Both the position numbers and the translations under genes were made by a program. A DNA stretch of 64,000 bases. Source: Amoeboaphelidium protococcarum X5 (lineage: Eukaryota; Fungi; Aphelidiomycota). Position 1 is the stretch's first letter, and each line of letters begins with the position of its first letter. Under the pieces are notes generated by a model. That model saw only the letters and a program-made list of their open reading frames with translations. It was not told the origin of the DNA and searched no databases. Below, piece after piece: positions 35,431 through 50,820 of the stretch. The stretch covers positions 248,001-312,000 of the forward strand of contig JALDTO010000251.1 in NCBI GenBank assembly GCA_023515725.1, written 5' to 3'.

Positions 35431-36063
35431 ACCGTAATTAAATGAATCAGCCCGTTTTAAATTTGTGAATTGAGTGATTGATCAAAAGTTGAATTTTTAT
35501 ATCAGAGATTGATTTTTACTGACATGGTTGTTTACAGTATCTTTTCGCCCGAAGTATCTCTCAGCACGCCAATTATTTGCTCTGCGCATTAGCTGGTTGC
35601 TTTAAATGATTCAATATGGTTAATGGATTACGTCCAAGTAGTTTTCAATTGAGCTGAAGTTGGCAACTCGCTGGGCTGTCACATTCTAACCTGTAGAATT
35701 AGTGGCATAATTGAAAGAAATACGAAATTGCATTATACGCATGTGATTGAGTTAGATACATACCTGCCAAAAGGCTTAACTCACCGAGTAAAAGCAAAGT
35801 TCAGCCCATAAGACTCTTTATGGACGAAGTAGTTGGAAAGCTATTATCCCGACTTTGTTAAGAAATTCAAGGCCCCATCTGCCAATTCGAAGGCTACTAA
35901 ATCCATTCTTCAGGATCGTATGTGATTGATGATTTCTCTCATGTCTGAATAAGTACGAGTTGTGTGTGTGTGCAATTATCAACAACGGGACTAGTATTGA
36001 AAGTAGATAGTGTCAAGAAAGCAAATCGATTTTACTTTCAATAGATTAACAGTCGAAAGCAAT

Positions 36064-37060
36064 ATGGTCAAAGTATCTGCACAAGTTAAGCTGGCATGCG
36101 AACCTCTTGATTAGGAAAATTATATCGCGTGGTGTCGCAAGATAGAATGGCACCTAATAGAGATGGACTTATGGCATGTAGTTGATCCTGACATTAACAC
36201 GCGTCATCTCATATAGAGTATCATAAAAAGCAGCAGTAGAGAAGATCCTTCACTGGCTATGTTAAGGCTTCTAGACCTCTCATGACGCCGTTAACTCCTC
36301 GTGGTAATCAAGACGGTGGTCAAGGTGAAAGCTAATATTCATTTGCGGCTGCTTAAGGTGGTACTATGAATTATGCCGATGACAATAATGCTTAGAGCGC
36401 GTGGCTTCAAAAGGTTGATCGTAAGGCAAAGGCGATCATTGGCAAGCACGTGTGTCAGGAGTTCAAACAAGCTGTACAGCAGGCGAGTTCAGCCTCGGAG
36501 GCGTGGTATGCCCTTGAGGATATGTGTATGTAGCAAAAGTGCTACGTTTATCAGCAAGAAAACCTAAAAGCTGAAAGATGCTACTATCAAGACTGAAGGA
36601 TCTGTCTTGAAGTATTTGGCTAAGATAAAGGATGTCTTAGCTGAGATTCTAAAATGTGGTGGGACATGTTCAGAAAGCGATCTTATGCAGGCTATTACAC
36701 ACTAGTTGATGGTTGTTGATGGTTATACTGATTTTGCTCGTAACCTGAAGTTGATTAAGCCAAGTGATATGAGTTTTGCTAGACTACGTCAAATCCTGAT
36801 TGAAGATGAAATTGACGTTAGTAAACTGAACAAGTCTTAAGCCATAGTTGCTCATTCTGGATAGTCTGTCAAGTCCAAGTTGAAGTGCTCCAACTGTAAT
36901 AAGACTGGTCATGAGCATGCAAATTGTTAGGCGAAAGGCGGCGGTACTGAAGGCCAAGGACCGCGCAATCGTAAAGCAGACAAGTCTTAAAAGAAGAAGA
37001 GCAATGGTAGCAAGAAATCTGACAAGGCCAATAAAGCTAGAAACTAAAGTCATGAATGAT
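36064..37060 (+). pseudogene. Ty1/copia-type gag remnant
   Basis: LDQENYIAWCRKIEWHLIEMDLWHVVD N-terminus and CSNCNKTGHEHANC zinc knuckle, with frameshifts. No intact pol seen. Confidence 0.72.
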
Positions 37061-37929
37061 TTAAATAATGCCGAAGGGGAAGCCCAAGATATTTCTGACC
37101 TAAACACTTGCTTCTTCATTGCATAAGAAGAGTGCCCCTACCGATGATGGCCATAATCAACCTACGGCCTCTGCAATGAACGATCTACAGGAATATCTTC
37201 AACAGCTGGTACTAGGTGAACAATCAAGTGTTAATATCTAAAGGGAAATGTGGACTCTAGCCGTCAATGCAACAGGACATTCAGAGAACAAGACCCTTAT
37301 AATCTATATATTAGCCGGCTCACCCATACAACATCAATGCTCATGCTACGCATTCGCTAACTGCTGTGAGTTGTTTAAATGGTATATAGCGAATATCTAA
37401 GAAGTTAGCGAATGTACTGATTGAACATATAGACGCGTCGGGAGTTCTGTAGTGATGATGCAGAGATTGATGAAGATGATGTTGATCCATCTGGTAGTAT
37501 GGAACAGGTCGTTGATGAAGAACAATCTACGGAGATCGAGAATATCATTAGAGCTGGCTTACAGGGATCGAATTCTGACAAGAGGGCTCTGAGAAATAGA
37601 GAAAGAGTCAATTATAAGTAAATGCTAATAAGTGAATTAATACGAATGAGACTAATAGATCTAGATGGTTACTACTCGTACTTCTAATTATAACGTTCAT
37701 CAAGCAAATACTTTACCAAGACGTTAGTCTCAATAAGTACTAATGTGATAATAAGCTGCTTTACAACTACTTAGACGATCTCCAGCTGTTAAGGAAAAAG
37801 AAATAGTTTTCACAGTGATTTGATTAAAAGTACTTGTTATACACCTTTATTCAGAGTATTTTACTACGATCTTAATCAAAGAGCAGGGACAAATACTGCG
37901 AATAATGCAGTAACGATCGCCCCACATGC

Positions 37930-40900
37930 TCAACCAAACAACCCATTCACTTCTTCATCATTCAAAATCTTGGTACGAGTCCTGGTGGCAAACTTCTTTG
38001 GAAGGTGTGTGGTGTCCAGCTGTGTCTTGAAGAACTGCCCACTGCTGATTCCCAGAGCTTCTCGCAGCACCTTTCGCTATGCGTTAGGAGCATTACTTGC
38101 ACCCAGCTTCTGCGCAAACGTCTACCACGCAGCGTCCGTCTACAAACTACTAACCGCTTACTGCAAACTGGCCTTGATGACTAGCGGTGCAGTCTTGTTT
38201 ATATTCTTGATAATATCAAGTATTAACGCGATAACCGTGTCGTGCACCTCCTTGAAATACTCCTCAGATAAGCATTTCAATGTTCCATAGAGAACGTCAG
38301 TGCATAGAAACTACTGCAACGCCGAAGACTACTATTGTTACTATTATTGTTACTATTGCTGCGACTACTCAGCCAGAATAGGGACAAGCTTCGAGAGAAT
38401 GCGGCAAGAAAGAGTAATGCATCTACAATCCTTCCAGTTGAATGAGTACAATAGTCCATATAGAAGAGGCTCAAATACAGCCTAATCTGAAAGTATAAAT
38501 CCGGCCAGAGACTTGTATACACCAAACTCTTCAGATAGACGACGTTACAACGAATCTTTGGCCAAATTATGAGTATGCTATGGAACATCCACTAGAACAC
38601 TCTATTTTCCGCCTTTAACATCAAGTAGTCGATTCTGCACAAAGACACAATTCCAAACGTCAAAGTATGCGCGGCTTAAGTCTCTCAGCAGCTTAAGATT
38701 AACAACTTCATCATTAACAGTTTATCCACTAACAGTGATTGATTACTATCTCTGTTATACCAGGCCACTTCCATCTTCCGTATCTGTGTCAACCAACACT
38801 GAGGCTGACACGGCTCCCCATTCCCTATTCAACTTTTCGGCAATGAACTTTGTAACAGATGGCAGGATGGGGTGCAGGAAGTCCTGATAATGTTCAGGTG
38901 GACAATTTAAGATCAATGGCTTCATAATGACAAGTAGAATCTACTTCCAATGATAGATTGGTAATTCTTATGCCACCTCAAACATATTTTCCATTATAGT
39001 CTATGAGATTGAAGGAATGCCATAGAAATAGTCTCCTGGCACCAGATACATACACTGTCCAATGAGTCCATACAACTACTCTCTCAGATTACGTAGCCAA
39101 TTCTGCATAAATCCTACCCACTCAGGCAGAGTCTTCAGCTATACAATTGGCTTTCTCTGTGCTTTCTCTTAGGATTACTGGCTTCCAGTATGGTCAAAAT
39201 CATCCCCACCATCAGCGATACCTAGAATCATCTGCTTTTCCATTTCAGTAATGGATAAGATTTACTTCAGACTCTAATCAGAAGCATCGGCAAACATACT
39301 CTAATGCCACAGATACTGAACATATCGCATCACCGTAATGTAAACTGGAAACATAGCTCTCAGATTGCACACCCACGGAGATTACGATAGCACGGCAAGT
39401 CGTTCTTCTGCACTGACACTTCTACCCATTTTCACACTGCGAGCCAGACAAGACTTATACACTGAGATGCTAAAAGTCAGCTTACTTTGAAATTAACGAC
39501 AAGCGATCAACTACTCAACGGAGCCGGCGGCATTACAAGCCAGAAGTTTAAGAGCGTCTATACCAATCGCTTTATAGAACGAATCGCGGCTAGATATAGC
39601 ACTTAAGAAAGCCTAATCAGATTAAATATCGCTGAGAGATTACTCATATATGATCTAGTACAGCTATTACTTTCGCTAAGCATCCAGATTTTTCGAGTTG
39701 AAAACAATTGCAACGAGGAATTCTACCAAGTACGCCTTCTCTCCATGATGCAAAACATTACAACCATATAATCGATCAACCTCAGCCTTGATTTGATCAT
39801 AAATGCCGACGAATATGTCACTAAGTTCAATGCCTAACTTGAGGACACAGACACCAGCTTTACGACGCAGAGATAAAGTGTCTTCAGAGAGCATATCTAC
39901 ATCAGCACCGGCCTCCTAATTATCGCTCCTCCTATAAACCACAAACCCAAAGACTTTCTACAGGACCGACAGTGCCAACGAAGGTGGATGATCATTCAAT
40001 AGCAATGGGGCAAATGCCACCATACAGTCAAGTTATTTTCCCAATATCATCGTATCATCACTTTTATACTCAAACTTGAAAAGAGCGTCTAGTGACTACT
40101 CAGTGAAGGCAATAAGAGCCTACTTGACCTCGGCATTGTCACCCGCATTTTTGAATCCACCAATGATAGTCTAAAGAACGACCGCCAAGCATTCCCATTA
40201 CATATAGAATTTAGAATCCGTACTCGACGCCTTGTTAGAATTAATCTATTGCGGTTTGACAGCTCCTTACAAATTATGCTAAACAATACTTGTTAGCAGC
40301 TGAAAGCTTTATTGCATAACAATCAATGGACAATTGGCAGTAAATTGAGCCAATAAAGGACACATGAGACTCTTGTAGGCTCCAAATCCATTGTAAAATG
40401 CAACTGTAGAATCTCCATACTCAATGTAATTATAGAAATTACTCATACACCTTTGGGATTATCCATCTGCGGCAGTACCACTAGCAGCATCAGACTAATC
40501 TTCCTCATCGTCTGGATCCTTTGGCACAAACTAATACTTATTCATCTTGGATATCAAGAGACTAATCAGCTGATTTTGAACAGCATGGAATAATGAGCTC
40601 TCACTAAGAACTTGTGTTCTCAGCATACTCGTCCATACTTATAAAGCTATTTGAGATACTTCCATAGACTAATGAGACGTCAGTAGAAGCAGGAATGACA
40701 GATAAGGTTGCAAATACTCAGGAACTTTGTCAACTCGTTTGTGACAAATCATGTGCACACCAACAATATTCCATAATTCTGCAAATCTCAACTACAATTA
40801 ATAGTCCTCCTGAATGTACTAGTCAAAGTCATCAACCTGAGACGCGTCTCCTCTGCACAACTACCAAGCCTACTGCAGCAATACCATTCCATCATTACTC

Positions 40901-41922
40901 AACACATATTTCAACACTAGCTCATAATTCAGCGTGATGTCTGAATACTTTCTAGAACATATAGAAAGGATACAATCCAGAGAGGCGGCTCGAATTTTAA
41001 ATGACGGATTAATGGATAGTGACCACAAATTCTTAACCAGCTCCGTATCTCTGATAACATCAATGGGCACCCACTCAATGTAAGCATTTATAGTTTCGAG
41101 GCACTATACAGACATCAATTCACCACCACCAGACTATGACACCTACAAGCTAGAAGCCAGCAACTTCATAATCCTCATAAACCATCCCTCATTCCCAGAA
41201 GATATGCCACACGCTTAGTATACTTCTGCTGGAACATTCAAAGAATTGGCTTGTGCATAATCCACAGGTGCCGGACAGAATATAGCAATCATGGCATTAC
41301 GTAGATCATCTTTTCGTTAAGAGGTAATCGGGGTCACGTAGACAAATGTATCCTGAGCAATGTACTGAATGATGCTTAACACCAACGACTTTTGAAGATC
41401 ATCAGTAGACTAGAACATCTTCATGAGCCAGGCATCTAAATCAGACCAGTTTTGAGGCCATTCCCTCTCAACAATCTCAGCAAAGACGTGCGCAGCTTTA
41501 TCAATAAGGAACTTGCTGGTAGTTGCCACGTCCATTCCACTCTCGAGCAAGTCCACAAGAGCCTATTTAATCTGCACCTACTACTCCTAGCTGTACATGG
41601 TCCATTGATAACGGATGCAATCTTCAAGCAACTACAGACCAAAGAATCTAACAGTATCTGGTTAAGAATTGCCTTTATGAGCCAGAAAATGTCCATACAA
41701 CGGTGCCACGGGATCTTTTTTTACTTGTTCACAAAACTACACGTAGATGGTTCACATACCATACACAAGTGAGTGATATTTGATGATATAACCAAGTTAT
41801 GGAACCAGTAAGGTAACTTTAAATCTTACATCCTAGGCAGCTCTACGTTCAGAACTACTAGTATTCGGTGCGTATATAGTCTACAAAGCAAGTACAATAC
41901 GTTCCAACTGTTCTTTGTTCAT
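37930..41922 (-). CDS. MSN5: Exportin-5/Msn5 (importin-beta family); one short intron near the 5' end
   Basis: LERIVLALQTIYAPNTSSSERRAAQ start, EREWPQNW, WLRNLRESCYGLIG, PLILNCP. Stop TGA 37930-37932. Confidence 0.78.
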
Positions 41923-42308
41923 AATATAACCGTGCGATATATGTCTGATGATGATGATATTAAAGAAAGCTGTAATAGAAAAGGTGAAGAAGAAAGGGCG
42001 CGGTCAGAGAGAAGAAGAAAAAATCTTTTCGCGTTCCCGTTTCACCGGTGACAGCGCTCTTGTGAAGAAAGAAGAAGATTTGTAGCTCGTTAACCTTGCA
42101 GATCCCGTTCATTTCTGGCGATGTTTCATCATTTTAATGGTCTTCGCGCGTAACACTACTTTACACCGCGCATTTCAGTACTTTGGTATAGGCAAACTTT
42201 ATCAATCATTACATATTCCATTGGATCATAATGGGAGAAATTTAAAAAACAAATCATAGATTTAATATAAATATAGTATCGTAACGCTTAGTGGTTGCAT
42301 TTTTGTAT

Positions 42309-43522
42309 TCACTGACTTGATCTAAAGCGAAGATTGCTAATTATTTCGCGCAAAGAGCTAAATCTTGAAAGGACGGGTAGACGCGTGTTAAGATACACAA
42401 ATCCAGGGCCAGTGATTCTATACAGAGCATCTTTATCACCCAGAACGCGTCCTTTAACTTGATAATATGAACCGTACATGAGCGATCTAGCCTTATTTAA
42501 GGCCCAGTACTGAAGATACTGTGAAAGCGAAGCGCCAGGCAAAACTTCGTCCTGATAAATGTTCTGATCAAACAACGCAACTGGTTTACTGGTTAAACTC
42601 CACGCCAGCATATGACGCGGATTGACGCAATACTCTTCATTCTCACCAAGTTGAATTCTAACAATGGAACCATAAGGCGACTAAATGAACACTTTACCAC
42701 CACCAGATACTTACAAATGTCCAATTTTGGCCTCAACAGATAGTCCAAGAGGAGAACCAAGTCTGTAACTCATTTCCACACCATCAGTCACACCCAAAAA
42801 AGCCTCACTCTTCACAATGACAGGAGAATTGTAATTACTAGAAAATTATGACTCGGAATCCACACCGAGATCCAGAACTTGACAATCTCCAATAGAAGAT
42901 GGTCTCAGAAGCAATTAGACGGGAAAGTTTAACTTTTCACCCTATTTCGATATGTTTTCAATCTACACTCATTTGCTCATACTTTATATAATACATTCAC
43001 ACAAAATATAGGCGCAATAAGGTACCTTTGATAAAGCGAATGGAAGTCCAGCAAGTTTACGCATAATACTCTTGTCATCAACCACCGTACTCATTCTCAA
43101 CTACCAATACTCTCAATTAATAAATAATACATAAAAGACGTTGATATCATAGAGCATAATGTACATTGACAAAACTTACTTCAGCTGAAGAGCCAAGCAC
43201 GACACGCGGCCGAGTTATCACACCCTGCCCAGTTGATAAATTGACTTTAATCAAGGATCCTACTCAATAATACTTATCGCTGAAATATTAATTGAAACTC
43301 ATACTATCAACACATTTAATATAATAGAATACCATGTCCTTAGTTAATAACTTCACATTATGGCAGTTAATTAGGTTGATTATCCACCACTTTAATATCC
43401 TCAGCTTAAGAAGTAGCATATTTCACACCTTGTTGGGCCTGACTACTGCTGCCATAACGTCTTGAAGAGACTGCGCACCTGCGACTGACATAACACTTGA
43501 CCAAACTAGTATATTTTATCAT
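42309..43522 (-). CDS. AIM24: AIM24-domain mitochondrial protein (spliced)
   Basis: Arg/Ser-rich presequence MIKYTSLVKCYVSRRCAVSSRRYGS, GSLIKVNL, VNPRHMLAWS, RITGPGFVYLNTR. Exon limits approximate. Confidence 0.65.
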
Positions 43523-45140
43523 CTAAAATGTATATATATGAGTTTATATAGGAGTATATATATACCACAAAAATTTTGATAACAAAGACAATTGATTTTC
43601 AGTATGAAAAGAAAGAACAATAGTTTAAGCCGGGCATTGGTTCGCGTAAAAGTATCACTAAATACGGAGCAATCGAATAAACAGTACGTTAGGTGCAATA
43701 ATTCGACGTCTTACCGTCAAAGACCTTGCGATTGACTATCAATGACAGTAGAAGGATAAATAATGTAAGAAGCTAGCGGGGTTAAGGGGACAACCAATAG
43801 TTCGCGCTTCACATTGGCTATCAAGTGCCTCGTATCAGCGTAAAACTGAAACAGCAATCTGATCACTCACTGTATCGACATGAAACATGCATGGTGCTTT
43901 AGCAAACCGTCCATGTCATGCTTGATATTTTCCCATAGAAATTCGTACTTAAATTTCAGCATTGATCTATTTTCACTCAGCGTATCACTTCTATCTTCTA
44001 TTACTCATCTGTGGCACTTTGTGACGTGGTCTGATCTGGCGGTGGTATTGAGTTAATCATTGGAGCTATAAACCGATGAATATTGGCGTGTTAGTTCTCT
44101 TCTGGTATATGGTGAAGTATTTGATGCTGATATTTTGAGATATGAGTGAAAGCAATAATATCACATTTACATTTTCCGGCTTCGTCCCCAACGAAACTGT
44201 AACATATACAGTAAATTGGAGGACGAACGTGAGATTAAAGTCCGAGTTTATGGGCGTGAACAAACAATGGACGATGCCATTTCTAGTGATCAATAATCTG
44301 CTGTCAGCTAAAATCTGGAAGCTGAAACGCTGAAGAAACAATCACTGCTCTAGCCACTTGCTTAGAGGTGTACAGTATGCTGCGAGAAAATTAGAGTTTG
44401 AAGAGTTCGTACAAGGCCCTAGATGCACAATTGAAACACGCGTCGACACTGTGGATGGATATGCTCCTGGTAGCTTGAAGTTCATCAAAAGGCCTGGGGC
44501 TTCAAAACTCACCCATACACTGTTTCACCCATCCATATATAGGTCTGGGTAATCTTTTGGGTATGGTAGTGACGGCCTTGATGGTTTGGCATCGTTTCTG
44601 GATGTGGGTGAGAACTGGAAAGCTGCAGCCGCCTATTGTGAGGCTGATAATCGAGTAGGTTCTGTGAGAAAGCTCCAGCCTAGATATTGGTTCCTCAAAC
44701 ATCATCTATCTGGGTACGCTCCGCAGCAAGATCGTGTCAATGACTCTGGAGTGCAGGGATTGCATGCTCTATAAATCCCCAATGCCTTTGCTGCTACTGT
44801 AACTAAAGAAAAGCTTTGATAAGATAATTTTACCAGTTTTTGCTATAGCGCGTGTTTAGCAGTGAATGAATGAGTCTTATGTTGGATGTAAAGAAGAGCT
44901 GTCCAGGTGGGTGGCAACACTGGACTCGATGATCAATCGAACAGCTACAGCGGCTCTGTTCTCGGAGCTACATCGATCTAGTAACATATCAGATGTAACT
45001 CTGATGTTATAAGCCTTGCAATTCGGTGTACTATTTACAAGAAACTATTATAATTACCGGTGAGATACAAAGTTCGTCAAAAATATTGTTTAATGTATGG
45101 AGCATTATTATCAAATTCACGCATCTCACTTGTTTCAATA

Positions 45141-48100
45141 TCATAAAGACGCGAGGGCATCGTTAATTTACTGCTTCAACATTAAACTGCTTTCTTACGA
45201 TAACGCTAACTAGAGCAATGTACGACATTGAGCAATCTATTCTTTCGACAGTTTAGATTGACCAATTGCCAGTAAGCCACGAATAACAGCGAGGGACTAC
45301 TCGCGCAAATTCAAGTGTTTGGAGTTGGTTAAATGCGCCTAAACGCTTTAAATCAACTTCATAATCATTGAGCCATCAAGTGCAGCTTTCAATCCACGAC
45401 TTACTTGCTTATTAATGTACTGCAAATGCTCAAAATGAGCATCCCATTTTAAGCTCGAATTCTACAGATCATTGCACAACAAGTTGACAACAGGCTCACT
45501 TTAGGCATCTCTCAATTCATAGCAAAGTAATGCAGCAGCGCATTTGAAAGCACATACGACTAAATCATTAAAACTGCTAGATTAAACGTCCATATCATCA
45601 CCATTAGCGCTCTGATTTTATTACTATTGAACACCAGCGCAAAGATTGATAACAAATGGAATAGAGTTTTAAGATAGCTTACCAGTAGAGAGACGCAACT
45701 AAAGACTTTAATACGCAGATGTACGGTATTGATATCCGCCACGCGAACATTCTTTCAACAACAATTACTCATAATCCTTTATTAGATGCATATTGGACAT
45801 AGAATCTACTTTATTCATCAATTAAGCAAGTGCGTGATGAAACTTTTCTTTGCCACTGAATATTGGACCAGAGAGATTACTAACTGTCAATTCAGTTAAA
45901 ATATTTACAGTGTCAGAATCTAATGCCTTTACTTACGTCAACAGTTGGGCAATCACAGAGCCAGCCTGAGCGCGCATATCCCACTTTGTGGTTGTGCCAG
46001 CTATTTTCAATATATCTACCAAATCAGGAGTGCAGCTATTCAGAGCTCCTTCAACAGAAACAGATTAATCATTCCAAATTTATTTATATAGCTGAGAAGT
46101 TTCTGAATGAGCATCTCCCATTCCAAAGTAAGTCAAAGCAGTTAGAAGGGGATGCGATTAGACACTGACGGAGGAGTGTTTAGATATCTCCAAAATGCAT
46201 AGAGACGCACCATGCTTGCTTGGAGTAGAATCACGCTCTACATACAACGTCTTCAGATGCTTTACAAATTTCTGTTATACGTCCAGTGAGCAATACTTGA
46301 ATATGTAGCCGACACAAACCGCCACTGATTATCTAACAATCTCATCACCATCTCCAACTGTACCACTCAGGGCTTTCAACAGTGTGTCTAGAGAAGACTC
46401 GTGTTATTTAACAATATTCTGATGCTTCAACACAATGAACTGAATGATCCTAAATGTTCCAACTTTAGTTGGTAGCCCCACGCCACGTCTGACAAGATCA
46501 GACAACTTTACAAAGACCTCGTCCACATTATCATGTGATAATGCACCAGCAGCGCACTACTCAATGATGTCCATGAGAGACGATTATTTGACGGCACTAG
46601 ATCTTGCCTAATTCAACTGCTACTCAGTAATACCATACTTTTCAGTGTGGAAAGAGAGATAATTCACCTATTATGGTTCAAGTTCAGTCAATTTGGATAC
46701 CAGCAAATATATAATCTCGGCACAGTATTGACTGAGAAGTGGTGACACTTACTTGCAGAGCTAACGCAGAGCATCTAAGCAAACTTTTTAAGCATCTGCA
46801 GAGTAATTATGAGCCAGAGCTTTGAGCAGAAATGGAAGCAAAAGATTAATCAGCCTTTACTTTTCACTGAGCGAGACAGCTTCATCACATATCTGCTTGA
46901 CGCAGACATTAAGCAGACACTTCAATATTCCAAAAGCCGCAACTCGAACACTTTCCTTATCATCCTCTAAACTAACAAGACACCTAGACCAAATTTGATT
47001 TAAGTACGGAGAGAACGAGTCAACAGAATGCATCATTAACAAATCTTGTACTGCATACGCTGAAGCTTCTCTTTGTCGCCAAGAGTCACTTTAAAGACCA
47101 TGAACCACAAACTTGACAACATCAGAGAAGTATTACTAAGTAATTTTTTGCTTGCTTTCAAACAGATTATTCCACAAACGCTTCATTGCCTACTTCACCA
47201 AATTATTCGCATCAAAAGACATACAGTATAATTTCGGAACCAACTGAGACTAGTTGCTCAGTAAACGCATTCGACTTTGATTTAGCATCTATCCAACTAA
47301 CAAGGAGGAGCTCAGATTGGATTGTAGGCTCAAAGGATCACTTGATAAAGCAGCCAAGTCAAAGAATAGATTGGACGCCTGAACATCAAGAGAAAACTGC
47401 AATAGCTCTCTTATCACCATCAACGATGAAGTTTTAAGTTCAAACTTGGACAACTTACTAACTAGTGGACTAGAATGATCCGCAGTCTTGGTAAGCAGAT
47501 TTTGAATTTAACCAAGAAGATCAGATTAAGCAGATGAATCCATAACATTTGCATGCAAAAGAGCTATGCCTAATAATGATAAATCTGCCAAATCTCTTAT
47601 ACAACCCAAATGAAGCAGCGATTGCAGTAACTCGATTGATAACTCATATAAAATTTGCCTAGGAGCGAAACGAGCAAATGCAAGCATAAAAATAAGCATA
47701 GGCCGCTTAATGGCTGCAGGGGACGACTCGCTGGTGATGTGCTGATCAAGAATTTTTACCACTTGAGATTTTACAGCCTCGCCATCCTCATTTTCGCCCC
47801 GCCAAGATTTAGGAATCAGAGCATCACCCATTTCATTGCAGTAAATTAAATACTATTGAACTTGCCTAGATTGTTGACCAAAAAGAGCAGTGATCATCAC
47901 GCAAGACCACTTGTATAACAAATCATCATCTTTATTCCACTGGCTTACAATTTTTAAAGTCTCTTCCACCACTTTAAGGGCCACATCGGATCTAATGAGG
48001 CATACTGATAACAACAAATCAAACTGAGCATTCAATAAAGCAACATTGGTTGATACTTTCAACTGAGATAATATAGCGTCCACGGTTTCATTGACGGTAG

Positions 48101-50522
48101 CAATATCGTCTTCATCAATCCCATATCGCCAAAACTCTGCCAACAAAATGATATCGTCAGCACTATCAAGCGATTTCACGTTACCTGTCAGACGCTTAAC
48201 AGTGGACTACAGCACTTGACCATATTTCACAGACAACTAGTCAACACCATATAGATACGCAAAATTACGCAGTGTAAAAACTTACGTTTTTTCAGAAACT
48301 TGAGCATTATTTGACATGCTTTAAAAGTAATCAATACCTTACACGGCAACTATATAGGCAACACATTAGGACAATTTGGTGCATATCAGAGCATTAGATT
48401 TAAATTTACGCTCAACATTTAATAACGTGTCAACAATCTCTATAGGCATAGGTAATGGCTTTCCATTACATAATTATAGCAGCAGTAAAAAACAATCTAA
48501 AACAGCGATAACGGCAGTACCACTGTGGCGCTCATCAATGGACGCTAAGATTTTAGAAACCAAATCCAGCACATTCTAAAATTACTGTTAGATGGTGGGA
48601 TTCTGATTAGAGTTAACTAGAGACCTCAGCCTTTGTATATCTTATTCATTTGACCACAAAGTGCTTAAACTCAAATCCTCCAGCAAAACACCCTCCTGCC
48701 CAAATAAACGTTAATTCATAACAACTTTCTTATCAATCATGTATAGCAAAAACCAGGTAACCATTAATGATGATTGTCCGACAGCTCTATGCTTAACAGT
48801 TTCATTAATACCTTAACCGATACCTTGAGTAGTCAACTCATCATTACAATAAATTTGACTTAAAACTTTCAATACTGAAGGAACGTCGCACTTGATATTC
48901 AGAGTAAAGTTTAGAAAATGCTGAGAGATTTTCACAATTTCCGTGTTGTCATCCGCAGTTCCCGCAACACCAAGCAGATACTTCTTCTCGGATGTATCTT
49001 CAAACAATCGTTCAGCCAGTCGAAATGCACACAGTCTGACATCTTGATTCTCACTCATACAATATTTAATAGATACTATTTCCTATAGTTCCAGAGAATC
49101 CCCTATAATCTCAGATATTTACGAAATGGACAACATGATTTATTGCTTCAAATCCTTGTTAGCATCTCCTAAACGATCAAAGCAGAGCTAAATGAAATCC
49201 TGAATGCTTTTAGAATCAAGCAAGGATGTAGAACTACCCAATGAACCAATTTGAGCAATGATCTAAAATGCGAACCCAAGCAAATCTTCTTTAACTGCTG
49301 CAGAATCATCTTACAGTATACGCATAGCCATTTGATAAATACTTTACAATACGGCCGAATCATCACAACAACTTACAAAGTGACGAGTGAAGGCAACTAT
49401 AGATTGAGCACCCTTCTAATTATCGCGCATAAGCCCATCATCCACTAGCATTTGGATAACATTCACTGCTAAAGGATACTATTCTTATGCAATTTGGAAT
49501 CGACACAATTCATTCATAAGTTTTACGAACAACTGATTGCTTATGCGGCAAAACGCTTCTTCAACTCCCTATGGCCTCTAAGCACACAGACTCAACATTT
49601 AACCATTGACCACTGAATAAGATTTCAATCTGGACAAATTCCTCTTTCTGTAATCTTCACATTTAGCTTAGATTTCATGATTTCCATCGATCGATCCGAT
49701 AACAGCAATAACATAGTTCATCTACTATGCAAGTAAAAGCTTTTCATTCATCATAGCGTTGTCATTTTCACCGTCTTAGAACTATATCTTAAATACATTG
49801 GACAAAAAATTCATCTTGAGAGTAGTCAAATGTTAATAAGATTGATCAATACCATTCGATCCTCCGTCAGTGATCAAGTCCACATCACCTTTAGTTAATC
49901 CATCAGGTTATCTTGAAATCTCCAACTGTTAGCCTTGAGAATTCAAAAGACCCCTCATCGACGGATTTAAAGTCATTTGCTAAATAGATGGTACTCTAAC
50001 CTTGTAATACATGATAAACATAATCTGCCATTTAAATAGTAGCTCCAAATCATTGACTCCGACAGCATGATCTCCCTCGAATAGAGCCAATAGTTCCACA
50101 TAAGAATCAGAGCATAGAGTATGCAATACTACTATCCTGAACAGCCGATTAAGCAGAGAGATATCTACAGAAGATAGGCCTGAAACGAGCATAGGCAATA
50201 ATTTTTACTTGAGAGCCATGTCAGGCACTCTATTCCATCCAATATCCACAAATAACAGACTGATACTCTTCAACAGCAAAGATCTGCCTTTTGCATATAG
50301 CTGAACCAATTGTCCCAAAGGCAGAGTTACACTGTCATTAAGTCTGGCTTTTAAATGATCAACAATAACAATAACTTTATCCCTGACAGCTTAATCTTCA
50401 GAATCCAACTTCAAGAGCATAGCAGCCAGAAACTAATTAACGCAAATCTAGAGCTTCTCATTCGAATCAGCCAGAGCAAACTTGAACTCTACTTGTTCTA
50501 ACAACGAAAGATCTGCAGACAT
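45141..50522 (-). CDS. ECM29: Proteasome adaptor ECM29 (HEAT repeats)
   Basis: N-terminus LLEQVEFKFALADSNEKLQICVNQFLAAMLLKL; LSFHTEKYG; GVGLPTKVG. ORF-track pieces share one frame. Confidence 0.85.
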
Positions 50523-50820
50523 ATTAAAAAGAAATCTGTATGATAGCTTGATAAATAACTTTTAGTTTAATAATAATCTAAACTAGATTGTCTATCAAAG
50601 CAGAGATTGTTGAGAAAGGAAGAAATGTGAAACGGAACGGGATGGTGACGGTCAGAGGCCTCGCTGGTTTAAAGTCAGTCTGAACGCGTCTCGGTTAGGA
50701 ATGTTAAGCTACCTGTTCTGAGCTGAAAAAGCTGCCACATGCAATTAAGATAAATGAACACTCGAGCTCAGATAGAAACTTGCAATGTCAGTGCGAAATT
50801 AGAACTGATGCAAAACAGAA

